Of a stretch of DNA of 64,000 bases, positions 20,130 to 28,242 are shown in pieces (the stretch's first letter is position 1; each line of letters opens with the position of its first letter). A program made the position numbers and the translations under genes. The notes beneath the pieces were generated by a model. The model saw only the letters and a list, made by a program, of their open reading frames with translations, did not search any database and had not been told where the DNA came from. The stretch is from Promethearchaeota archaeon (GTDB taxonomy: Archaea; Asgardarchaeota; Thorarchaeia; Thorarchaeales; Thorarchaeaceae), in the NCBI GenBank assembly GCA_048939765.1, contig JBHLPF010000006.1, forward strand, positions 31,831 to 95,830, in the 5' to 3' direction.

Positions 20130-21698
20130 TTGACTCTAGACTCCCTATCTCATCGCTGTCCTGTATGTCAAAGAAACAGAGCCAGTCACTTGTGTGAAGA
20201 TTGCGGTACAGTGTTATGCTCAGAGTGCCTTGACTCAAGGACCAAAGAGTATCATATGTGTCGCGATTGTCACGCGACATTGACCACGTTACAAGGTGAA
20301 AAGATAGACAGCTGTCCTGAGTGCGAGTCTGAGAACATTGATACAGGTAGGCGTACAGCTGACATATGTCCTAGATGCCACTCAAGTCGTATTATCCTAC
20401 TGGAAGAGCGGAGAAGAACTCTTGCTCAAGAACTTAGACAGGCCATCATGAGCATTCAGTATGGCCACACCAAATTGCGAGAGTTCATGACTAAGCTTGA
20501 CAATGCCAAGAGAACGCTTGTTTCTCTCAGGATGGCTAACTTCCTACACTATCATTGGATAGAGGAGAAGGTCGAGTCAGTGCAGGATGAAATGCCAGCA
20601 ATCAAGAGTCGAATTGGAAACCAAGCAGAGATAGTCGCAAAGCAAATCGCTGCTGAAACAAAAGGCCTCATTGATTATAGCAAGTGGACTCCTGCTCAGT
20701 TCCCGTTCATTGAGGGTGTCAGAAATAGAGTATCAGAGCTTGGCACGTACTACAGACAACACGTCGACGATAGTCTTGATGAGGTCAGACCAAGACTGGA
20801 GGAAGTAATGGCCCAGCTTGATGGTCTGAGCTATCACAGGAGAGAATTCACAGAGTTCTATGAACATGGTGAACTCGCTGTTAATGAATTGCCTGTGGCG
20901 GCTCTGCCGGACATTAGGGTTGTGGGTAGCAACTTCCTGAAAAACGACAAGGCCTACGGTACGCTCTTCATCACTAACAAGAGGCTATTCCTAGTGGCTG
21001 AAACGGGAATACTACGCAAGAAGACTGAGATTGTGTTCCAGTTTCCGCTTATGTATTTGAAAGATATCGAAGAGGATGGCCGCCTTCGCAAGAGAATTGT
21101 ATTGCGACTTAAACAGGGCGACGTTAAGATCTCCTGCAGCGAGGATACAAAAAAGGTCATGCCAGATTACTTCGAGATTGCGAGGAAATTCGAGAAGTAT
21201 ATGCAGAGTGATCTTCAGAGAGTTCGGAAGATTGAGCAGAAGAACCTCAACATTAGCGATGTCAGACTCAAGATTGAAGGATTGGTATACTCATTGCTCT
21301 CCACGACTGGAAATGCCTCAGAAGCACCGCAAGGAAGCCGAATGAGAACCAGATTCTATCAACCACGATCGATTCCACCGAGATATGGACAAATCGAGAA
21401 TCCGTATGACCATCCCAGAGTGTTCAAGGAGCATCTTGAGGACACTCTTGGTCGCACAGACTATGGTCGAACCTACTATCGAGAGGCCCCCTATGCACCT
21501 CCCGAGTCTGATATAGAATATCTCAAGAGGAACGCAATAGAGATTCAGAATGCGATTAACGAGACTCTACATCTAATGAGAAACGGACATTTAGTCCCTG
21601 AAGACTTCATCAGAAGGTATCGCGGTCTCATGCGCGACTCATATCAGACCAATCATGAAATCGAGCGTGCTACCCGGCATTTTCATGGGTACAGATGA
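20130..21698 (+). CDS. ESCRT-associated protein: B-box/Zn fingers, coiled coil, PH/GRAM-like domain, Vps23-type steadiness box
   Basis: Six CxxC pairs at the N-terminus, a long helical region, YGTLFITNKRLFLV (PH/GRAM/GLUE-like), and C-terminal IQNAINETLHLMRNGHLVPEDFIRRYRGL resembling the Vps23/TSG101 core. Adjacent to ESCRT-III. Confidence 0.7.
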   Translation: MTLDSLSHRCPVCQRNRASHLCEDCGTVLCSECLDSRTKEYHMCRDCHATLTTLQGEKIDSCPECESENIDTGRRTADICPRCHSSRIILLEERRRTLAQELRQAIMSIQYGHTKLREFMTKLDNAKRTLVSLRMANFLHYHWIEEKVESVQDEMPAIKSRIGNQAEIVAKQIAAETKGLIDYSKWTPAQFPFIEGVRNRVSELGTYYRQHVDDSLDEVRPRLEEVMAQLDGLSYHRREFTEFYEHGELAVNELPVAALPDIRVVGSNFLKNDKAYGTLFITNKRLFLVAETGILRKKTEIVFQFPLMYLKDIEEDGRLRKRIVLRLKQGDVKISCSEDTKKVMPDYFEIARKFEKYMQSDLQRVRKIEQKNLNISDVRLKIEGLVYSLLSTTGNASEAPQGSRMRTRFYQPRSIPPRYGQIENPYDHPRVFKEHLEDTLGRTDYGRTYYREAPYAPPESDIEYLKRNAIEIQNAINETLHLMRNGHLVPEDFIRRYRGLMRDSYQTNHEIERATRHFHGYR

Positions 21699-21701
21699 TG
21701 A

Positions 21702-22325
21702 CTAAATACCCAGTTCACGCTCCAAATCCTTAATGTCTTTCTCAAGGGTTTCTGACTCAGATGCAGGCCTGGCTGCTACTGATGCTGCATCAGCCAATCC
21801 AACTTCCACATCGATTTCTTGCATGGCAGCAGCCACATCATCTGAACTAACTTCCATGCTCGCATCAAGCGCCTCTGCAGATATTGCACTCTCAATCTCG
21901 AACTCATCTAATCGACGAGTGATCTCGTCAATGTTCTCAACAAGCCGGCGGGTATCACTTGTATCGCCAAGCATTCCAAGGATCTTTGCAACCTGCTCGA
22001 GTGCGCGACCTGTCCTTGCTGATGTCTGTGCACGATTGAGGTGAGTAAGGATTTTGAGAATCTGAAGCCTCGCCTTGTCTGTGGAGAGTGCGTATCGTCT
22101 GAAACGTATCATCTCAGTTGCATAGGTCGTGAAGGCATCCATTTGTCCAGCCTGGCGAGCTTTGATAGCTCGAGCTCTTGTGTCACGCTCTTCTTTCTCC
22201 AACTTGCTTCTCTCACGAGCAAGTTGTTTCGTCAGAATTCTGAGCTGACTGGAAACCTCTCCAATGTCTGGTTTTTTCCGACCCCATCTGAATGCCTTTC
22301 TGAGTGAATCCAAAAGTCTCACCAC
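21702..22325 (-). CDS. ESCRT-III (Snf7 family, Vps2/24/46-like)
   Basis: N-terminal amphipathic helix, KQLARERSKLEKEE, AxxAGQ..AFTTYATEMIRFR, acidic C-terminal half, MIM1-like LEKDIKDLEREL. Confidence 0.9.
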   Translation of the reverse strand: MVRLLDSLRKAFRWGRKKPDIGEVSSQLRILTKQLARERSKLEKEERDTRARAIKARQAGQMDAFTTYATEMIRFRRYALSTDKARLQILKILTHLNRAQTSARTGRALEQVAKILGMLGDTSDTRRLVENIDEITRRLDEFEIESAISAEALDASMEVSSDDVAAAMQEIDVEVGLADAASVAARPASESETLEKDIKDLERELGI

Positions 22326-22485
22326 TTATCTATGGGCTTCGCCCCACAACACTAGGATGAATGTTCAGCGTTTAAACCTTCGTAGAGCTGGTGTATAGCA
22401 TCTATCAATCCCAGTATTAGGGGCATATAGTGATAGTCACACAGAACTTATTATCATCACAGGTTCCAGTTAGACCTGAACAGGG

Positions 22486-23709
22486 ATGTCTGATAGATTA
22501 GACCAAGGCCTGAAAAATCTACTCGACAGGGCCATAGAACTTGACCAGAGAGGAATGAAGAAGGAAGCTGCTCAATACTACCTGAAGGCTAGCAAAATCC
22601 TGATCAAACTGTCAAATGCAGCATCTTTGCCCTCAGTTCAGAAACACTACCTTGACAGGGCACAAGAGTGTGTTGACAGAGTCCGCTATATCTCTGGTAT
22701 AAAGAAGAAGGCGAGAGGACCTCCAGAGGGGTTGACGACTCCACCAGTGTTTTCTTCTGCTGAAACGGAACCAACAGCCGAGAAGTCTACGGAAGCGATG
22801 GCATCTGAAGCAGAGGTGGATGAGGACACACGAAGACTGCAGGAGATGATAGCTGACACAATCATCACTGAGAAACCTAATGTCAAAATGAGTGATGTTG
22901 CGGGCCTAAAGGATGCCAAGCAGGCAATTAATGATGCAATTATCGCACCGATGAAACATCCAGAGCTCTTCAAGGGGAAGTCTCGGCAGCCATGGAGGGG
23001 AATATTGTTCTATGGTCCCGCAGGATGCGGAAAGACGTTGATAGCAAAAGCGGTGGCATCGGAGGTGAATGCCACTTTCTTCAATGTTTCAGCAGGCAAC
23101 ATTGTAAGCAAGTGGCTTGGAGAGTCTGAGAAACTGGTCATGAACCTCTTCACTTTGGCCAGACGAAGTCAGCCTGCCATAGTCTTCATGGATGAGCTGG
23201 ATTCCGTCGGGGTCTCTAGGTCTGGTGATGACGTCGGGGGAGAAAGAAGACTAAAGACTCAGCTTCTAACAGAACTACAGGGACTAGCCAGCGACCTTGA
23301 AGATAGGGTCACAGTGATTGGTGCAACAAACCTGCCATGGGAGTTGGACTTCGCTCTTCGGTCGAGGTTTGAGAAGAAAATCCATGTGCCGCTGCCAGAC
23401 AAGCCAGCTAGAAAGAGAATCTTCGAGATTCACATGGAAGAGATAAATGTCGCTCCTGAAGTGGACTTCGAGGAACTTGCGGATCTCAGTGAGGGATATA
23501 GTGGACGGGATATTAGCGTCGTCTGTAGAGAAGCAGCCATGGAACCGATAAGGGACCTTCAGCGCATTGGAAGAATGGACGAGGAAGAAGAGATTCTTGA
23601 TATTCGACCAGTATCCAGAGAAGATCTTCTGCAGGCGATCGAGAACATAAAGCCGGCAACTTCTCCTGAGGATGTAAAGAGGTATATCGATTGGGCGGAG
23701 GGTTCCTAG
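22486..23709 (+). CDS. vps4: Vps4 AAA+ ATPase with N-terminal MIT domain
   Basis: MIT (RAIELDQRG..EAAQYYLKA), KPNVKMSDVAGL, PWRGILFYGPAGCGKT, SKWLGESEK, MDELD, RRLKTQLL, ATNLPWELD. Confidence 0.95.
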   Translation: MSDRLDQGLKNLLDRAIELDQRGMKKEAAQYYLKASKILIKLSNAASLPSVQKHYLDRAQECVDRVRYISGIKKKARGPPEGLTTPPVFSSAETEPTAEKSTEAMASEAEVDEDTRRLQEMIADTIITEKPNVKMSDVAGLKDAKQAINDAIIAPMKHPELFKGKSRQPWRGILFYGPAGCGKTLIAKAVASEVNATFFNVSAGNIVSKWLGESEKLVMNLFTLARRSQPAIVFMDELDSVGVSRSGDDVGGERRLKTQLLTELQGLASDLEDRVTVIGATNLPWELDFALRSRFEKKIHVPLPDKPARKRIFEIHMEEINVAPEVDFEELADLSEGYSGRDISVVCREAAMEPIRDLQRIGRMDEEEEILDIRPVSREDLLQAIENIKPATSPEDVKRYIDWAEGS

Positions 23710-23712
23710 GGA

Positions 23713-24447
23713 GTGGGTGTCAGAGAGAGACGTAGAGAAAAAGAGAAAGAAAAGACTACGTCAGAAACAGCAACATCAGAACCCACCGTAGATGAGGCCA
23801 TTCCAGCAGAAGAGATAGAAGAAGTGAAGGAAACCTACAGACCGGAAGCTGTTATGACGCAAGCGGCAACAGAAACTGCTGTCGAAGAGAAGAGGGATTC
23901 AGTAGCTCAAGCTGAGGAAGTTCTAGTCAAACCGGATGAAGTCACCATCATGCCTCCATGGGGAGACCTTGGACAAACAGAGTGGATGTATGGCATACCT
24001 CCTCGAGAAGAAGACAGAGAGATGTGGGCTGAAGAGTGGTCTGATTTCGTCCTGAGATGGATGGAAGCACATGATGTCCATGTCCTTTCTGTGACTGCTT
24101 TCATCAAGGAACCCCCCTTTAATGAAATCACGAATAAAATCGATTCATTCAAGCTAATTGGCAATGTGCTCGTAGAGAAGGAAATTGCGGAGTGGCTGGA
24201 TAGGAACCAAAGACAATTGCGAGTCTATTGGAGATTCCTTGAGGAATGGGCGGACATTATATATGAATGGGCCTTGAAGTCAGGGAAGGTCAGACTAGAT
24301 GTGAAATCAATAGTCATTCAGGAAGAGGAATATAGCTTCGCTAGACTGCCAGAGAAGGATCTTCATCAGATACTCCTGATAATGGTGGAGAAAGGACTTG
24401 CAGAGTGGGTGGACAAGAAAAGAGGGGCAATCAAGATCATCGTTTAA
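23713..24447 (+). CDS. vps25: ESCRT-II subunit Vps25-like
   Basis: PPW..WMYGIPP..DREMWAEEWSDFVL, VYWRFLEEWADIIYEWA, MVEKGLAEWV: tandem winged helices as in Vps25. Starts 3 bp after vps4. Confidence 0.85.
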   Translation: MGVRERRREKEKEKTTSETATSEPTVDEAIPAEEIEEVKETYRPEAVMTQAATETAVEEKRDSVAQAEEVLVKPDEVTIMPPWGDLGQTEWMYGIPPREEDREMWAEEWSDFVLRWMEAHDVHVLSVTAFIKEPPFNEITNKIDSFKLIGNVLVEKEIAEWLDRNQRQLRVYWRFLEEWADIIYEWALKSGKVRLDVKSIVIQEEEYSFARLPEKDLHQILLIMVEKGLAEWVDKKRGAIKIIV

Positions 24448-24448
24448 C

Positions 24449-25222
24449 TTAACGTCGTGAAATAGATCCACCATCGTCATGTTCCCTGGCACGCAGGCCT
24501 GGGAAGTAGTATCTACCCCCAGTTGAGAATCGAATGTCTGCCACTGCCATTCCGGCATCTGCTAGACTGGAGAGAACTTGCCTTGCATGATCCTCGGACC
24601 ATTTCATGAGCATCATTACTTCCTCAACAGAAACATAGCCCTTAGATGCAGCGAGGTTTACAACATCCGCTTGATCCCTTCTGAGCTCAAGTGGGCGAAG
24701 CTCAACTACTTTTACACCACCGCGTAGCGTCCGTATGCCTGGTATTAGTCCATGCTCAGCAACCCGATTGACAGCCTCGATAACATCACTGTAGCTTATT
24801 GCCTTAAGCTCAGGCATACGCTTCACAACTTCAACGATTAGCTCAGCGAGTCCCATGAGTCCCTTGGAGGCATGTACTGTTGCCACATCAAGAATTGCAA
24901 GACCAATGTGGTCGTAATATTCATCCATGGTCATTCCGTCTCCACGGAATCGGTTCTCACGACGGGAGAGGTCAAGCAGCATAATGGCATCAGGGAATCG
25001 TTCTGCAACATGTTCAGTCTGAATGAAGGTGCCAAAATCTAGGCCAATGCGCCTCAGATCTGCAATGTTAGCCTTAACCTCACTGGCTAGTGCTTCAGAC
25101 TCCCTCTGATATGACCTGATGTCGACAATTCCCATGTCGAACATCTTCTTCAGCTGGTCAAGGGTGGCAATTGAGGCGAAGAGTTCGGATTGGAGACGTT
25201 CTTGCATCAAAGAAACCTTCAC
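24449..25222 (-). CDS. Vps28-N-terminal-domain / EAP30 (Vps22/Vps36) fusion protein
   Basis: N-terminal SELFASIATLDQLKKMF..GIVD..SYQRES..L is Vps28-like. C-terminal DEYYDHIGLAILDV...GLMGLAEL...ISYSDVIEAV...PLELRRDQ...GYVSV...W...A...L...GMAVAD...RYYFPGL is EAP30. Confidence 0.85.
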   Translation of the reverse strand: MKVSLMQERLQSELFASIATLDQLKKMFDMGIVDIRSYQRESEALASEVKANIADLRRIGLDFGTFIQTEHVAERFPDAIMLLDLSRRENRFRGDGMTMDEYYDHIGLAILDVATVHASKGLMGLAELIVEVVKRMPELKAISYSDVIEAVNRVAEHGLIPGIRTLRGGVKVVELRPLELRRDQADVVNLAASKGYVSVEEVMMLMKWSEDHARQVLSSLADAGMAVADIRFSTGGRYYFPGLRAREHDDGGSISRR

Positions 25223-25440
25223 TCAGGAGTTGAGTCCAGACTGGACTATTGCTTGAAAATGGTCTATTGCTACTATAAGAGAGAGTAATACAAACAAGTG
25301 CACTTTACATGCACAAAAAGTGGCACTTTGATGAGGGATGGGGTACATTTCTCTGGTGCATGTTAACGTCATGATGTGTGATGACAAATCACTTAATTCC
25401 AAAGTATTAATTGCCTGAGGAGCAGATCATCGAATCGGTA

Positions 25441-26136
25441 ATGAAACCGCGAGTATTGAGTTTGAGAATTATCGTTGTGATAGTTCTGACGCTGACTATT
25501 TGCGTAGGATCTACAGAAGGACTTACCAATCACGGATTCTATTGGGGTATTGAGATTGGTGATAGGTTTGACTATCACATGGAGCTTCGGCTCCCAGATT
25601 CTAGTAAAAACAAAGCCCTTGATTATTATGTGGTTGTAGATGATTTGCCTTCAATTGATGAGAATATCACAGACATACCTCAAATCACTGGTGATGTATA
25701 TGACTGGAACAATTATCATTCATTCTACTTGATGAACGATACAAGGATTACATCTCAGACGAACATCTCAGACGATCTCAGACAAACTCTGCATTGGAGA
25801 GCTTTTCCAGTTGGTAACTGGAGCCTTGTCAATGATTTATTCCTCATACCGAAAAATAATAGCTTGTTTGAGGTCCAGACATTTGACACTGCAGCTGATT
25901 GGGGGTATAGTATCACTGGTATTGTGTTCGGAATTACAGTAACAGAAACTGGGAGGTATTCTAAAGAAACTGGTGCATTGATCTTTTACGAGTTGAACGA
26001 CCAAAGATTCAATGAATCAATCTACTCAGTTCAGATTACAATTGTTGGTGACGCTGTTCCATTGTTTGTGTTAATTGGAGGGGCATCAATTGGACTATTG
26101 GTTGTTGCATTGGCGGTCCTGAAGAAGAGAGTCTAG
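25441..26136 (+). CDS. secreted/surface protein with signal peptide and C-terminal TM anchor
   Basis: Hydrophobic N-terminus, GFYWGIEIGDRFDY, several NxS/T sequons, C-terminal TM followed by KKRV. Confidence 0.7.
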   Translation: MKPRVLSLRIIVVIVLTLTICVGSTEGLTNHGFYWGIEIGDRFDYHMELRLPDSSKNKALDYYVVVDDLPSIDENITDIPQITGDVYDWNNYHSFYLMNDTRITSQTNISDDLRQTLHWRAFPVGNWSLVNDLFLIPKNNSLFEVQTFDTAADWGYSITGIVFGITVTETGRYSKETGALIFYELNDQRFNESIYSVQITIVGDAVPLFVLIGGASIGLLVVALAVLKKRV

Positions 26137-26356
26137 ATGAGTTTGAGAAGATTCGATATAGAGTATTATCAGGTGTATTTGAGGGAAAAAAGGGAGGACT
26201 TCAATGCCCGCTAAATCAATTAGTAGAATCTCAATTCTCCTTACTCGCTACCAAGCCGCGGTCATGCAGACTGGATTTATAGCTTTGAATCAACGCAAGT
26301 AGTTCATTATGGAAGACATGCCTTTTGGCCCGTACTTAAACACAGAATACTCTTAA

Positions 26357-27715
26357 TCAAGGAGTTATCCGGTCGCGGTCTCGTGGAAGAAGTATAGCCT
26401 CACGGATATTTTCTATTCCAAGCAGCTGCATTGTGAGCCGTTCTACTCCAAGACCCAACCCTCCATGTGGTGGTGCACCATATTTGAAGGGATCAAGATA
26501 GAAAGCAAAGGCATCTGGATCAAATCCCTTCGCCTTGAATCGCTCAACCAACAAATCATGGATGTGTATACGTTGACTTCCTGTTGTTATCTCCATGCCT
26601 TTGTACATGAGGTCAAAACCCTCAGTCATCCCCTCGTCTGTCATACTAGGCATAGTATAAGCAGGTTTCAACTCCAAGGGGTAATGAGTAATGAAAACCA
26701 TGTCAGTCCCGAATTTCTCAGGGAATATTTCCCCAAGTAGCCGTTCAGCTTCTGGATCGATGTCATCAGTGACTGCTAGTTCTTTTCCTTCGCTGTTGAG
26801 TAGATCAATGGCTTCAGCATATTTGATTCTCTTGAAGGGTACTTTTGGCACAACTAGCTCGATTCCGAGAAGTTCAAGTTCATTTGCCGCGGCTTCTGAT
26901 GTCTTCTTGAATGAATGATTCAGCATTCGTTCCTCCATCTTCATGACGTCGTCCACATCGGTTATCCATGCCATCTCGAAGTCGAATGAGGTATACTCAT
27001 TGACATGTCGTCTTGTATTGTGTTTCTCAGCTCGAAATACAGGAGCAATCTCGAAGACTCTGCCGAAGCCAGCCAAGAGCATCAGCTGCTTATAGAATTG
27101 TGGGCTCTGAGCCAGGTATGCCTTCTTATCGAAATATTTGACCTCGAATAGGTTTGCTCCACCTTCTGTGGCTTCAGCAACTATTTTCGGAGTGTGGATT
27201 TCCACAAATCCATTTGACTCTAGGTACTCCCGTGCGAATCGAACAAGTGAGTGTTGAACCCGGAAAATCGCATTAATTGAGGGTTTCCTAAGGTCCAGGA
27301 CTCTATGATTGAGGCGTGTGTCTAGATCGATATCCACTTTTCCCTCTACAACATCAATTGGAAGACGCTGGGCAGTATTGATGATACGTATCTTGGTTGG
27401 AATGATCTCAGCACCAGAAGCGACTTGCTTGGCAGCCACAACCTTGCCTGTCACAGCCACAGCGTACTCTGGCTTCAGTTGTCCAGAGGCCTCAAAGACT
27501 TCCTTAGAAACCTTAGCCTGTGGAATTGTCACCTGACACTGACCCTGTTCATCTCTGAGAACCAAGAACTTTATCTTCCCCTTATCACGCAGAATATGGA
27601 CCCAGCCCATAATGACGACTTCAGTATCTACTATCTCCGCAGTAATCTCAGTAGTGAAGTGAGTACGGATTTCTTCACCTATAGGCTCGATACCTGCATC
27701 GCTGTAGAAGTCCAT
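26357..27715 (-). CDS. aspS: aspartate--tRNA ligase (probably non-discriminating Asp/Asn)
   Basis: GWVH..RDKGKIKF, ATEGGANLF, LAQSPQFYKQ, FRAEKHNT.RH, PPHGGLGLGVERL, PRDRDRITP. Confidence 0.96.
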   Translation of the reverse strand: MDFYSDAGIEPIGEEIRTHFTTEITAEIVDTEVVIMGWVHILRDKGKIKFLVLRDEQGQCQVTIPQAKVSKEVFEASGQLKPEYAVAVTGKVVAAKQVASGAEIIPTKIRIINTAQRLPIDVVEGKVDIDLDTRLNHRVLDLRKPSINAIFRVQHSLVRFAREYLESNGFVEIHTPKIVAEATEGGANLFEVKYFDKKAYLAQSPQFYKQLMLLAGFGRVFEIAPVFRAEKHNTRRHVNEYTSFDFEMAWITDVDDVMKMEERMLNHSFKKTSEAAANELELLGIELVVPKVPFKRIKYAEAIDLLNSEGKELAVTDDIDPEAERLLGEIFPEKFGTDMVFITHYPLELKPAYTMPSMTDEGMTEGFDLMYKGMEITTGSQRIHIHDLLVERFKAKGFDPDAFAFYLDPFKYGAPPHGGLGLGVERLTMQLLGIENIREAILLPRDRDRITP

Positions 27716-27809
27716 TAGATTTCACCTCAGTATTCGAGAACAGAATCCTCCCTGATTACATTATGAGGCTTTTGGCACAAGCTGATGAAGGGGCGGATCA
27801 ATAAACATT

Positions 27810-27848
27810 GAAACGATATCCCTAAGCTAAAGCCAGAGATATCGTTTC
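27810..27848. repeat. 11-bp inverted repeat GAAACGATATC-N17-GATATCGTTTC (terminator or operator)
   Basis: Read directly; lies between the HTH gene 3' end and the aspS upstream region. Confidence 0.6.
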
Positions 27849-27862
27849 TTGTACATACTAGA

Positions 27863-28096
27863 CTACATCGGCGCCGAAATTAGCTCATAGACCGCCATCC
27901 GCTTGTCCTTGCCATGTTCATGCTCCTGGATGAGACCTAGGTCCTTCAGTCGACTAAGGCCATAGTTCACTGTCCTAGGAGGTAAGAAGGTGTTGCTGAT
28001 CAGGTCTTGCCGGGACATCCGGCGCCTGTTCTTAAGCAGCACGTACAAGAACTTCGCAGACGGAGGTAGAGCTAAGAATGAGCGCTGTGCAAACAC
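27863..28096 (-). CDS. small winged-helix (MarR/ArsR-like) regulator
   Basis: LPPSAKFLYVLL, MSRQDL, LPPRTVNYGLSRLKDLGLI, DKRMAVY. Confidence 0.8.
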   Translation of the reverse strand: MFAQRSFLALPPSAKFLYVLLKNRRRMSRQDLISNTFLPPRTVNYGLSRLKDLGLIQEHEHGKDKRMAVYELISAPM

Positions 28097-28242
28097 GATC
28101 CCACCTAAAAGTTGTCACCATGTTTTATCATACCTCCTGATAGTGCTGAGATTCACGCGGGACATCACCAAATAAGGATTCGTATTTCATCATCAGAGGG
28201 TTCATCACAGTTCTTATCAGTCAAGGCGAGAAGTGGTATTCC

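Noticed and set aside
26137-26214. 25-codon ORF after the surface protein gene
   Set aside because: Too short, with no recognisable motif or ribosome-binding site.
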